A stretch of DNA of 53,110 nucleotides from Candidatus Nomurabacteria bacterium CG1_02_43_90 (GTDB taxonomy: Bacteria; Patescibacteriota; Minisyncoccia; Phycocordibacterales; UBA1550): the NCBI GenBank assembly GCA_001871765.1, contig MNVN01000003.1:1-53110 (forward strand), written 5' to 3'. The notes beneath the pieces were generated by a model. That model saw nothing but the letters and a program-made list of their open reading frames with translations, was not told where the DNA came from and did no database searches. The position numbers and the translations under genes were made by a program. The number at the start of each line of letters is the position of its first letter. The first letter of the stretch is position 1. Below, one piece after another: positions 25,055-33,591 of the stretch.

Positions 25055-25945
25055 CTACTTTTGCACGCAAAGAATGTTTGTTTGCGCCTTGAACCCCTGA
25101 TTAAATGATGAAATAAAATCAACATCATCGACAATTTTCTTCCTTTCCTCATCGAGGTCATATATATCATAATTATTATTGCGTAAAAAAGTGATGATTT
25201 CTTTTTGGTGGGACGGATTTGTCTTTGCGTAATAAAGAGGGGAATATTCTAAGAGTATTTTTGGGTGGTTCTTTTTGATTGTTTCTTCTGCTCCTTTGAG
25301 TACAAAATATTCGTATCCTTCTACGTCTATTTTCATGAAAGAAGGATTTAGAGAGAGGGAATCAAGCGTTACCACCTTGATAGATTCTTTTTTCCCTACT
25401 GCTGAGAAATTAACAATAGAGGATCCTGCGGTGTTGCTTTCGCAAATGTGGATGGTTTCCTTAGATTCTTTTTCTCCAAGAGCTAAAGGCATTACTGTTA
25501 CATTAGCACTTTTGTTTATAGACGTGGATTTCTCAAATTGCTCCCTGAGGAATGAAATTGGTTCAAAGGAGATAACGTTTCCCTTGTCTCCTACAACCTT
25601 TGAAATAAACAAAGAATGATGTCCAATATTTGCACCAATATCTAGTACCGTGTCTCCCTTCTTTATGTTATTCATAATTTCCTTCAGAATATGTGTTTCG
25701 TAACATTTGTAAACATAGAGCCATTTATCGAGATACCCATTCTTAGGGTTTATGTATAATTTATAAGAAAAGCCAAAGTAGTTTAAATTGATTAACGTTT
25801 CCTTTTTAAAATTATAGGCTCGTAATGTGAATACTACAGAAATGCTTTTTGCGATCGTCGCATTATAGATAGCCTTAATGAACGTAAACAAAAAATCTGG
25901 CAGATTTCTCTTTATTATAAATTTTATTTTGCTGGTAGTTTTCAT
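25055..25945 (-). CDS. FkbM-family methyltransferase
   Basis: VLDIGANIGHHSL and MKIDVEGYEYFVLKGA are hallmark FkbM (Methyltransf_21) blocks. Confidence 0.8.
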   Translation of the reverse strand: MKTTSKIKFIIKRNLPDFLFTFIKAIYNATIAKSISVVFTLRAYNFKKETLINLNYFGFSYKLYINPKNGYLDKWLYVYKCYETHILKEIMNNIKKGDTVLDIGANIGHHSLFISKVVGDKGNVISFEPISFLREQFEKSTSINKSANVTVMPLALGEKESKETIHICESNTAGSSIVNFSAVGKKESIKVVTLDSLSLNPSFMKIDVEGYEYFVLKGAEETIKKNHPKILLEYSPLYYAKTNPSHQKEIITFLRNNNYDIYDLDEERKKIVDDVDFISSFNQGFKAQTNILCVQK

Positions 25946-26005
25946 TGTTTTTGTTTGATTGTCATTTAGTATAAAATATAACTCAGAAAATCACTAATAC
26001 TAAAA

Positions 26006-26770
26006 TTAACAAAGAGCCCGTACAAGACGAATAAGTATGTATAGGTTAAAAGAGGGGTAGTTTAGTAATTTCTGGTGGCATCCTTCTCGGAGTAAATTCA
26101 AAATTATTTTTTGTTTTTCCTTGTAGTCTTTTTTTCTAAAATTCAATCCAGTGGCTTTGTCATAGCCATCCGTTAGAGTGCTCTTTTGGTCGACATAGTA
26201 CATTTTTTCGTGCAAGCCGACCTGAAAGAAAAAAAGCCACTCCTCTCCTTGTTTTATTTTTTTTGAAAACTGTATGTTAGAAAGTAGCGATGTTTGTATA
26301 CATTGAGTAACGTCCCCTTGTATCCTTTTGAGTATTAAATATTCGTATGCATAAGAATAGGCAGTTTTATTTCTAGGAGCTGATGTTAGTGAAGTCCCGT
26401 TTTCATAAGCACGGTTTGTAATGAACCATCTTTTATCTGGATAGGTAGAAACGATGGTGGTAAAGGTCTCAAGGGTATCTTTCGAGAACCAATCATCATC
26501 ATCCAAAAAGATAACCCAGTCAGAATCTTTTGAGAGGGAATCGAGACCGCGGTTTCGAGAATAGTTTACCCCCTCGTTCTCTTTATTTTTTAGATAAACA
26601 ATACGCGGGTCAGTGAACGTTTTCTCGAGCGAAGAATAACTTGTATCATCAGGGGAATCATTCACAATGACCATTTCCCAATCGGTATGCGTTTGCTGAA
26701 GCACAGAGGTAATTGCCCGTGAAAGTTTGTCTGCTCGTTTGTAGGTGGGGGTGATAATACTAAATTTCAT
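26006..26770 (-). CDS. Glycosyltransferase family 2
   Basis: MKFSIITPTYKRADKL.., VIVNDSPDD and FLDDDDW (DxD). Confidence 0.8.
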   Translation of the reverse strand: MKFSIITPTYKRADKLSRAITSVLQQTHTDWEMVIVNDSPDDTSYSSLEKTFTDPRIVYLKNKENEGVNYSRNRGLDSLSKDSDWVIFLDDDDWFSKDTLETFTTIVSTYPDKRWFITNRAYENGTSLTSAPRNKTAYSYAYEYLILKRIQGDVTQCIQTSLLSNIQFSKKIKQGEEWLFFFQVGLHEKMYYVDQKSTLTDGYDKATGLNFRKKDYKEKQKIILNLLREGCHQKLLNYPSFNLYILIRLVRALC

Positions 26771-27680
26771 AGGCGTGTTGTTTAGGCAAACAAAGAATAT
26801 CGCACTGCGATTTTTCCTTTGTAAAAGGAGTAAGAAATTCCTCTGTTGAAGTTATTTTTTTCATATAGTCTTCTACATCATACATAGCATAGTCAAGTTC
26901 CCGGAGAAGTGAGAGGATTGCCCCCCCATCGGTGCCTCCTTTCTCGGAATATAGTTTCCCAGAGAATTCAAGGACAATAATAGGTTTATGTTTTTTGAGC
27001 GTTTTTTTTATCCCCACTAACACTTCATATTCATATCCTTCCACATCAATTTTCACCATATCAATGCGAGAGAGGCTCTCCAGTAGCTCATCCCCTCGTT
27101 TTATGGTGATACTAATTTTTTCACCCTCTTTTCCCTTAGAGGAAACGATAGAAGACCCCCCGACGTTATTTTTTTCAACATAAAGAGACTCCTCTTTGTT
27201 TTCTTTACCGAGTGCAACGTTGTGTGCGTGAACAATACGTTCAAAATGGTTAATTTTTAGACTGTCCAAAAATTGTTCATAAATGTAAGGGATTGGCTCA
27301 AAGGAGTAGACCTTACCTGTGTCACCCACGATACTTCCTGCAAGCATACTATGTTGTCCAATATTTGCCCCAATGTCCACAAACGTACTCCCTTTCTTGA
27401 GATAGGTCACGAGGAGGTCAAGAATTTGTGGCTCATAAGTTCCATAAAGGAAAATATGTTTATCGATGAATCCGTTTTTTGGAGAGATAAAAAGTGAAAA
27501 TTTATGTCCATGATGTGCAGTTTCGATAGTGCGGTAATTATTGAAGCGTTTAAGACGGAGTGCATCGAGGATATCTACAAGCTTCCTAAAAATAGTTTGC
27601 CAAAGAGCAAGGATTAAATCAAAAATGCTTTTTGGTAAAAGTTTCTTGAGGGAGTATTTTATTTTGCTTCTATTTATCAT
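26760..27680 (-). CDS. FkbM-family methyltransferase (paralog of 25055-25945)
   Basis: FVDIGANIGQHSM and VKIDVEGYEYEVLVG. Co-linear with the other FkbM copy. Overlaps the downstream GT2 by 11 nt. Confidence 0.8.
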   Translation of the reverse strand: MINRSKIKYSLKKLLPKSIFDLILALWQTIFRKLVDILDALRLKRFNNYRTIETAHHGHKFSLFISPKNGFIDKHIFLYGTYEPQILDLLVTYLKKGSTFVDIGANIGQHSMLAGSIVGDTGKVYSFEPIPYIYEQFLDSLKINHFERIVHAHNVALGKENKEESLYVEKNNVGGSSIVSSKGKEGEKISITIKRGDELLESLSRIDMVKIDVEGYEYEVLVGIKKTLKKHKPIIVLEFSGKLYSEKGGTDGGAILSLLRELDYAMYDVEDYMKKITSTEEFLTPFTKEKSQCDILCLPKQHAYEI

Positions 27681-27685
27681 ACGTA

Positions 27686-28384
27686 TTAAATAAAACCAAA
27701 GAGCTTTTTGAGGAGCGTTTTAAGGCCGAGAACCTCAGTCACTTTTTTGCCCCATTGATAGACACCTATTTTTTTAAAAAATATATTGAGCGGATGTCCC
27801 CAAGAATAATGCCAGAGATGTACGCCGATGACTTCAGGGCCGAGGTCTTGCCCGTGGAACTCCTTGATGTGTTCGCTGTCGAATGGATAAAATGTTTTGG
27901 GAGGGTAGACGGTAAGATTTGCTTTGTTTGGGTAGGTATTAAAGACGAGAGAGAGAACACGGGGAATAGTAATGAGCGAAGCTGTCTCTCTATCATAATG
28001 ATTTTTACACGCTTCTATAAAAGAATGATGCGCTTCTGCGCCAATCATTCCCGCACTTATTACCCCCGTTGATTCTTCGCCAAGAACACAAAGGTTTTTG
28101 GTCAGAGGTTCAAGAGACTGAATGAGTAGCATATCGGTGTCCAAATAGAATCCGCCGTGTTCAAGGAGGATTTTTAAGCGGGCATAGTCAGCAACGAATG
28201 CCCACTTTCTCTCTGCGTACATACGTTGCACAAAAGGGGACTGCTCTACAGGGAAGTTTTCCTCGTTCCATTCTTTAACCTCAAAATCTGGACATGTTTG
28301 TTTCCAGCTCTCAATACACATGAGAATCTCGGGACTCTTTGGGTTTTTGCCAAACCAGCAGTAGTGAATAATTTTTGGAATCAT
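27686..28384 (-). CDS. Glycosyltransferase with DXD sugar-transferase motif (GT32 / capsular Gly_transf_sug-like)
   Basis: IPKIIHYCWFG, ADYARLKILLEHGGFYLDTDM. Confidence 0.7.
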   Translation of the reverse strand: MIPKIIHYCWFGKNPKSPEILMCIESWKQTCPDFEVKEWNEENFPVEQSPFVQRMYAERKWAFVADYARLKILLEHGGFYLDTDMLLIQSLEPLTKNLCVLGEESTGVISAGMIGAEAHHSFIEACKNHYDRETASLITIPRVLSLVFNTYPNKANLTVYPPKTFYPFDSEHIKEFHGQDLGPEVIGVHLWHYSWGHPLNIFFKKIGVYQWGKKVTEVLGLKTLLKKLFGFI

Positions 28385-28432
28385 CGTGTGTGGATTTAGT
28401 ATAGCACTGTGTTACAATAATTCATTATACTC

Positions 28433-29239
28433 ATGAAAACACCGCTTGAACATAATATTGCAGCTCATGATAAAAGTGCCAAAAAGTATGAGCAAGTACA
28501 CGGAGAAATTTATAATGATGTTGAACAGACTCGCCTACAGAGTTGCCTTTTAAAAGCTGTTTCGTCTATACAAACGGGAAGTAATCCTGTCATTGCTCTT
28601 GATTTTGGGTGTGGTGCAGGGAATTTGACCGAGCATCTTACGGGGTTGGGGTGCGAGGTGATTGCAGGGGATGTTTCGCAAGGTTTTTTGGATTTAGTTG
28701 CCAAACGTGTATATGTCATGCCGGTGAGGACGGTGAAATTGAACGGCATAGACTTATCAGGGATTTCTGATAAAAGTGTCGACATGGTCGCAATGTATTC
28801 GGTCCTTCATCATATTCCCGAATACCTCTCTCTTATGAAAGAATTTAGCCGTGTTCTCAAGAAAGGCGGGGTAGTTTATATTGACCATGAAGCTTCTTTG
28901 GCATTCTGGAATCAACCTGAGTCATATCGAAAGTTTCTTATAGAAATAAAGAGAAAATCTCGAATAAATTTAAAAAAGTTTTTTATAGCAACGAATTATG
29001 TTGATTGGATTATGAGGAGGTTTGTTGATTCGCGATATCAAAGAGAGGGCGACATACACGTTTTCCTTAATGATCATGTTGAATGGGATAAGATTCGTGA
29101 AGAGTTAAAAAATGTCGGGATAGAAGAGCTTTATGAAGAGACCTATTTGTTGTTTAGGCGTGAGTACAATCAAAGGGTATACCAAAGTTACCAAAAGGAG
29201 ATAGGAGACATGCACGTGTTTATTGGGATTAAAAAATAA
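28433..29239 (+). CDS. Class I SAM-dependent methyltransferase
   Basis: ALDFGCGAGNLTEHL (motif I), VDMVAMYSVLHHIPE and LKKGGVVYI. Confidence 0.75.
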   Translation: MKTPLEHNIAAHDKSAKKYEQVHGEIYNDVEQTRLQSCLLKAVSSIQTGSNPVIALDFGCGAGNLTEHLTGLGCEVIAGDVSQGFLDLVAKRVYVMPVRTVKLNGIDLSGISDKSVDMVAMYSVLHHIPEYLSLMKEFSRVLKKGGVVYIDHEASLAFWNQPESYRKFLIEIKRKSRINLKKFFIATNYVDWIMRRFVDSRYQREGDIHVFLNDHVEWDKIREELKNVGIEELYEETYLLFRREYNQRVYQSYQKEIGDMHVFIGIKK

Positions 29240-29298
29240 AAAAAATACCTAACCTTTTTTCTTTGTTTTCATGATTTTTATGGTACGATAACCACATT

Positions 29299-31221
29299 AT
29301 GAACATACACAAAATATTGGCGAATTGGGTAGTTTTTGCAGGTTTTATCGTGATACCTTGTATCCCTTTTATTGTCATGGGGAAGAGTACTTTTTTCCCG
29401 TACATCGTCGGTAAGAACTTCGCGTTTCGTGTCATTGTCGAAGTCATGTTTTCTGCATGGCTCGTCCTCGTATACATTGACCCGGCATATCGTCCAAAGA
29501 AAAGTTATTTGCTCGGCGCATTTGGCACACTTCTTTTTGTCGTAACTCTCTCCGCAATCTTTGGAGAAAATCCTACAAAAAGTTTCTGGTCTAACTTTGA
29601 ACGCATGGAGGGTGTCGTGACGTACTTTCACTTGTTCGCATACTTTGTTGTTGCTTCCACTGTGCTCACGGTGCGCAACCTTTGGCGATCATTTTTGCAA
29701 TTCAACCTTGGTGTCAGTTTGATCATGGGTATTTATGCCTTGTCACAAATTTCAGGACAAGCTGTTGGTTTTCGTGCCAGCGGAACTTTAGGTAACTCTT
29801 CCTATTTGGGAATCTATGCGTTTTTTAATATTTTTTTAGCGGTATTTTTTATAGGAGGAGAAAATATCAATACTTATAAAGGGAAGATACGAGCTATTAC
29901 TTATGCCTTAATCGCTATTTTACAAACATACGTTCTCTATCATACGGGAACCCGAGGGGCTATTTTAGGACTTATTGTGGCTGTAGGTATAAGCGCGATT
30001 CTTGTTGCCATTTTTGAAAAAGAAAAAAAGGCTTTCAGGGTGTGGGCAATAGGAGGTCTTATTACTCTTGTTGCGTTGGTCGGTATTTTTGTCTCAGTAC
30101 GTAACACCTCTTTTGTAAAAGAGACACCACTCCTCGCTCGATTTTCAGAAATATCAATAAGTACCCTTCCTACAAATGCGCGTTTTATGATTTGGAATAT
30201 GGCATACCAAGGATTCAGAGAGCACCCTCTGCTTGGGTGGGGGATGGAAAATTTCAACTATGTTTTTAACAAATATTATGACCCTAATATGTGGGGGCAA
30301 GAGCAATGGTTTGACCGTGCACACAATGTGTTCTTCGATTGGTTGATTGCCGGAGGTATCTTTGCCCTCCTTGCCTACCTCTCTCTGTTTGGTTTTGCCG
30401 TTTATTATATCTGGCGACCGACGACACTTCTCTCTGTTCTCGAAAAGAGTATTCTCACTGGGCTTTTGGGTGGGTACTTTTTCCAGAACCTTTTTGTGTT
30501 TGATAATCTCACGAGTTTGATTTATTTTGGCACGATACTCGCTTACGTGGAGAGCCTACGACAGAGAGACCAGGCTCCTGAAAAAAAGTTAGTAAAAAAA
30601 GGAAAAAGTAAGGAAGAAGATTTTACGGTGATTGTCTCCGGTGGTGCGATACTCCTTGCTTGCGTACTTGTTTACACCGTGAATTACAACGGCTTCATGC
30701 AGAACACAACGCTTATTCGAGCAATGAGCGACCGGTCGGGTGCGGAAAATAATTTGGCGCTCTTTAAACAAGCTATTGCGTATAACTCATTTGGTACGGC
30801 GGAAGCACGTGAGCAACTCGGACAAATCTCGACGGACGGTTTCGGTCACTCGGGTACAGTTTCTGATATACAAAAACAATTTATTGTTCTTGCGGCAAAT
30901 GAGTTAGGGAAACAAGCAGCTGAACTTCCTCGTGATGCGCGCTACCAAATATTTGAGGGGAGCTTCCTTGTCCGTGTTGGTGCTATCGATCAGGGTATTG
31001 GTTATATCAATCGAGCAATAGAACTTTCTCCTAAAAAACAATCAATGTATTTTGAGTTGGGGAATGCGTACTACCGCAAGAAAGACCTCGTAAAAGCAGA
31101 AGAAGCATTTAAGCACGCGTATGAGCTTGCACCAGCGTACGCTGAGGCAAAGAAGTACTATATAGAGATTTTGACCACAGAAGGGAAGACTGCAGAGGAA
31201 AAGAAAGTGAGTGAGGAATAG
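29299..31221 (+). CDS. O-antigen ligase/polymerase-like (Wzy_C) polytopic membrane protein with C-terminal TPR repeats
   Basis: 640 aa with at least 10 hydrophobic helices. It has a HTGTRGA-type loop and a soluble C-terminal region with TPR-like AIELSPKK..YFELGNAYYRKKDLVKAEEAFKHAYELAP. Confidence 0.75.
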   Translation: MNIHKILANWVVFAGFIVIPCIPFIVMGKSTFFPYIVGKNFAFRVIVEVMFSAWLVLVYIDPAYRPKKSYLLGAFGTLLFVVTLSAIFGENPTKSFWSNFERMEGVVTYFHLFAYFVVASTVLTVRNLWRSFLQFNLGVSLIMGIYALSQISGQAVGFRASGTLGNSSYLGIYAFFNIFLAVFFIGGENINTYKGKIRAITYALIAILQTYVLYHTGTRGAILGLIVAVGISAILVAIFEKEKKAFRVWAIGGLITLVALVGIFVSVRNTSFVKETPLLARFSEISISTLPTNARFMIWNMAYQGFREHPLLGWGMENFNYVFNKYYDPNMWGQEQWFDRAHNVFFDWLIAGGIFALLAYLSLFGFAVYYIWRPTTLLSVLEKSILTGLLGGYFFQNLFVFDNLTSLIYFGTILAYVESLRQRDQAPEKKLVKKGKSKEEDFTVIVSGGAILLACVLVYTVNYNGFMQNTTLIRAMSDRSGAENNLALFKQAIAYNSFGTAEAREQLGQISTDGFGHSGTVSDIQKQFIVLAANELGKQAAELPRDARYQIFEGSFLVRVGAIDQGIGYINRAIELSPKKQSMYFELGNAYYRKKDLVKAEEAFKHAYELAPAYAEAKKYYIEILTTEGKTAEEKKVSEE

Positions 31222-31236
31222 AAAAAAGGAGAATTA

Positions 31237-31265
31237 TTGACAAAAAGTACCTTGGTCTGTAGAAT
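31237..31265 (+). promoter_or_regulatory. Sigma70-like promoter
   Basis: TTGACA (31237-31242), 17-nt spacer, TAGAAT (31260-31265). The downstream ORF has GAGGAG 6 nt before its ATG. Confidence 0.55.
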
Positions 31266-31307
31266 ATCGTCATTGCTAATTTTGGCAAGATTTTTGAGGA
31301 GCAGGTC

Positions 31308-31796
31308 ATGAGCCCAGAAGTTCTTTCAAGAAACAATCACGCATTTTTCTATACCCAACTCTCAATGTTTTTGCTGGGCCATCGTTTTGGTTCGATTGTA
31401 CGGTCACTTGCAGTGAGGGGTGAGGATGATATGCGCAATCCTGCTGATCGTTTTGAAACAATGACCTTCGGCCTCAATAACGGTGAGGTAGGCTACGTGC
31501 AAATCAGCAAAGAAAGTGCCGACTTACTCGTAGGCATAGATACTTTTTGGTGCAACAAGATCCCCGGGAATATTGCGGGGAACAGTAATGGTCGGTGTTT
31601 CATTGCCGACGTAGAAGGCCTTGACATAACGTTGCAGATAATCGCACATGAAGGCCCGAGAGGTATTGTCTTTGAACAGGCAGTCCTTCAAAGGATCAGT
31701 GACGATACACCTCTGGGTTTTTTTGTTGCGGTCTGCGTTACACCGACAGGGAAGCCTGTACATGAAGAAGAATTGGTTTGCCTGTGGGGAGATTAG
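31308..31796 (+). CDS. Hypothetical protein
   Basis: 162-aa ORF with its own promoter, SD and terminator. No family recognised. Confidence 0.45.
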   Translation: MSPEVLSRNNHAFFYTQLSMFLLGHRFGSIVRSLAVRGEDDMRNPADRFETMTFGLNNGEVGYVQISKESADLLVGIDTFWCNKIPGNIAGNSNGRCFIADVEGLDITLQIIAHEGPRGIVFEQAVLQRISDDTPLGFFVAVCVTPTGKPVHEEELVCLWGD

Positions 31797-31806
31797 TTTC
31801 CTGTCT

Positions 31807-31838
31807 AACCGCCAAAAGCAAAAACTGCTTTGGCGGTT
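31807..31838 (+). terminator. Rho-independent terminator
   Basis: AACCGCCAAAaGCA-aaaac-TGCTTTGGCGGTT followed by TTTTGCTTT. Confidence 0.7.
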
Positions 31839-31920
31839 TTTGCTTTCCACTATTGAGATACAAAATAGTGCCGTTCAAGCGTGTCTGTTATGGTGAATTT
31901 AGGGGAAGTATCCAAAATAC

Positions 31921-31948
31921 TTGACTTTTTTTTGGAATCTGCTATACT
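31921..31948 (+). promoter_or_regulatory. Near-consensus sigma70 promoter with no conserved ORF downstream
   Basis: TTGACT (31921-31926), 16-nt spacer, TATACT (31943-31948). Confidence 0.55.
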
Positions 31949-31954
31949 TGATTT

Positions 31955-32247
31955 ATGTGAGTGCGAAGGAGGAAACTCTTTTGCGTTTCAACAAACGAAT
32001 GTCTGCGTAAACCCCCACGAAAGTGGGGTTTTGCGTTTTTATAGTAAATCGTTTAGAATAAGAGAAGTCCCTCCCGATAAATCTACTGATTTGTCCTGAG
32101 GACGAGCCTATCGATTCGTGTTTTTTTATGGCTAGCGGTAGCACTCACATATTAGACATTTGTTGGAGTTCGCACCCGCTGGCCTTATGAGTACATGAAT
32201 TTTAAAAAAATCCCCCAAATTGCCGAATGACAGTTTAGGGGATTTTT
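31955..32247 (+). ncRNA. Candidate structured non-coding RNA or long regulatory leader upstream of murB (family unknown)
   Basis: Bounded by the promoter above and a terminator hairpin (32206-32247). A 10-bp long-range helix pairs ATGTGAGTGC (31955-31964) with GCACTCACAT (32141-32150). Inner helices are GGAGG/CCTCC (31968-31972/32070-32074), CCCCAC-GAAA-GTGGGG (32013-32028) and CGATA/TATCG (32076-32080/32110-32114). Confidence 0.35.
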
Positions 32248-32265
32248 CGTTATAATACAGAGTAT

Positions 32266-33300
32266 ATGGCATTAGAAATTTTAAGAAATATTCACCTCGC
32301 GCCCCTTACGACAATGCGCGTAGGGGGAGATACTCAGTATTTTGCACGCGTACAGAGTATCGAAGAGTTAAAAGAAGCATTACTTTTTTCTCAAAACCAA
32401 GGAATTCCATTTTTTATACTTGGAGGTGGGTCGAATGTTGTCGTCTCTGATGCGGGGTACGCGGGGTTGGTGATAAAAAATGAAATAAAAGGAATTTCTT
32501 GCGCAGACGATGTGGTAACTGCTGGTGCGGGGGAGGTGTGGGACGAGGTAGTGCGCGAAGCTTCCTTGCGCAACCTTTGGGGTATTGAAAACTTATCCCT
32601 TGTACCCGGTACTGTTGGTGGTGCTGCGGTGCAAAATATTGGAGCATACGGAGTAGAGGCGTGCGACACGATTCTCTCTGTCGAGGTCTTTGATGTCGAC
32701 ACGATGAGTGTAAAAAATTTTCTCGGTGAAGAATGTTTATTTGGATATCGTGAAAGTATTTTTAAAAAAAATAAAAATTTTATTGTTACGCATGTTTCTT
32801 TTTTGTTGAGTCAAGAAAAAAAAGTACGCATTGACTATGAAGATGTAAAAAACTTTTTTGAAGAACGCGCAAAAAATAAAATGAGAGAGGATCGTTTAGA
32901 TGATGAACCCTCACTACAAGAGATTCGCGAAGCAATCGTCGCGATACGTACAGCAAAGATGCCAGTGTATCCGATGGGGACAGCGGGATCATTTTTTAAA
33001 AACCCTGTCGTCTCTGCAGAGCGCTACGAAATACTCAAAAAAACGTACCCCGAAATAAAGGCCTATATACAAGCCGATACTACGGTAAAGCTTGCTGCTG
33101 CATGGCTTTTTGACAAAGTGGGTGGTTGGCGAGGCATACGTCGTGGTGATGCAGGAGTGCATGAAAAACAAGCGCTCATTCTCGTGAATTATGGTAGTGC
33201 ATCAGCGCAAGAAATATTTTTACTTGCAGAGGAGATGAAGCGGGGGATCAAAGCAAAAACAAATGTCGATATTGAAGAAGAAGTTGTTGTTATAAAATAA
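32266..33300 (+). CDS. murB: UDP-N-acetylenolpyruvoylglucosamine reductase
   Basis: 344 aa. LAPLTTMRVGG, FILGGGSNV and the FAD-binding domain pattern, plus C-terminal AAWLFDKVGGWRG.. HEKQALILVN. Confidence 0.9.
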   Translation: MALEILRNIHLAPLTTMRVGGDTQYFARVQSIEELKEALLFSQNQGIPFFILGGGSNVVVSDAGYAGLVIKNEIKGISCADDVVTAGAGEVWDEVVREASLRNLWGIENLSLVPGTVGGAAVQNIGAYGVEACDTILSVEVFDVDTMSVKNFLGEECLFGYRESIFKKNKNFIVTHVSFLLSQEKKVRIDYEDVKNFFEERAKNKMREDRLDDEPSLQEIREAIVAIRTAKMPVYPMGTAGSFFKNPVVSAERYEILKKTYPEIKAYIQADTTVKLAAAWLFDKVGGWRGIRRGDAGVHEKQALILVNYGSASAQEIFLLAEEMKRGIKAKTNVDIEEEVVVIK

Positions 33301-33357
33301 TTTTTTGTCGATGAAGAAAAATAAAAAATATTTTTTATAAAAATAAAAATAAAAAAG

Positions 33358-33366
33358 TTATCCACA
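33358..33366 (+). promoter_or_regulatory. Perfect consensus DnaA box (TTATCCACA) in a very AT-rich spacer
   Basis: Exact 9-mer match. Its function is not established from a single box. Confidence 0.3.
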
Positions 33367-33591
33367 GTTATTTTTAAAAAAAGTATTGTGTTTGATTTAC
33401 AGATGCGAGATAATAATGATAGATCACAGTACAACGTGTGAAAGAAATTTTACACAAGCGATGATCCAATAATTGTACGCGAGCGATGATGAGATTTACT
33501 CATACACACTCGGGTCGAGTATTATTGTAGAAAATTAATTTGCATATATGTTCGCGCGTAGTTCACACTACTCACGAACACAACAAAAAAA

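Noticed and set aside
31881-32099. 72-aa GTG-initiated ORF in the murB-upstream region as a protein gene
   Set aside because: It starts upstream of the only good promoter, has no SD or leaderless signal, overlaps strong RNA hairpins and has no recognisable family. The RNA interpretation fits better.
31955-32150. Identification of the murB-upstream RNA as RNase P RNA, SRP (4.5S) RNA, 6S RNA or tmRNA, or of 32131-32185 as a tRNA
   Set aside because: GGAGGAAACUC and AGAAGUCCCUCC only loosely resemble the RNase P P4 strands, and about 200 nt is too small. GUCC-UGAG-GGAC lacks the SRP GGAA/AGCA domain IV signature. There is no tmRNA tag ORF or a T-arm with a CCA end. The GGCTAGC/GCTGGCC pairing encloses only ~41 nt with no T or D arms.
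33301-33591. Calling this spacer the chromosomal replication origin
   Set aside because: There is only one perfect DnaA box and a few 2-mismatch candidates. No dnaA, dnaN or gidA context is present, and skew cannot be evaluated in a single window. It is reported as a low-interest observation rather than annotated as oriC.
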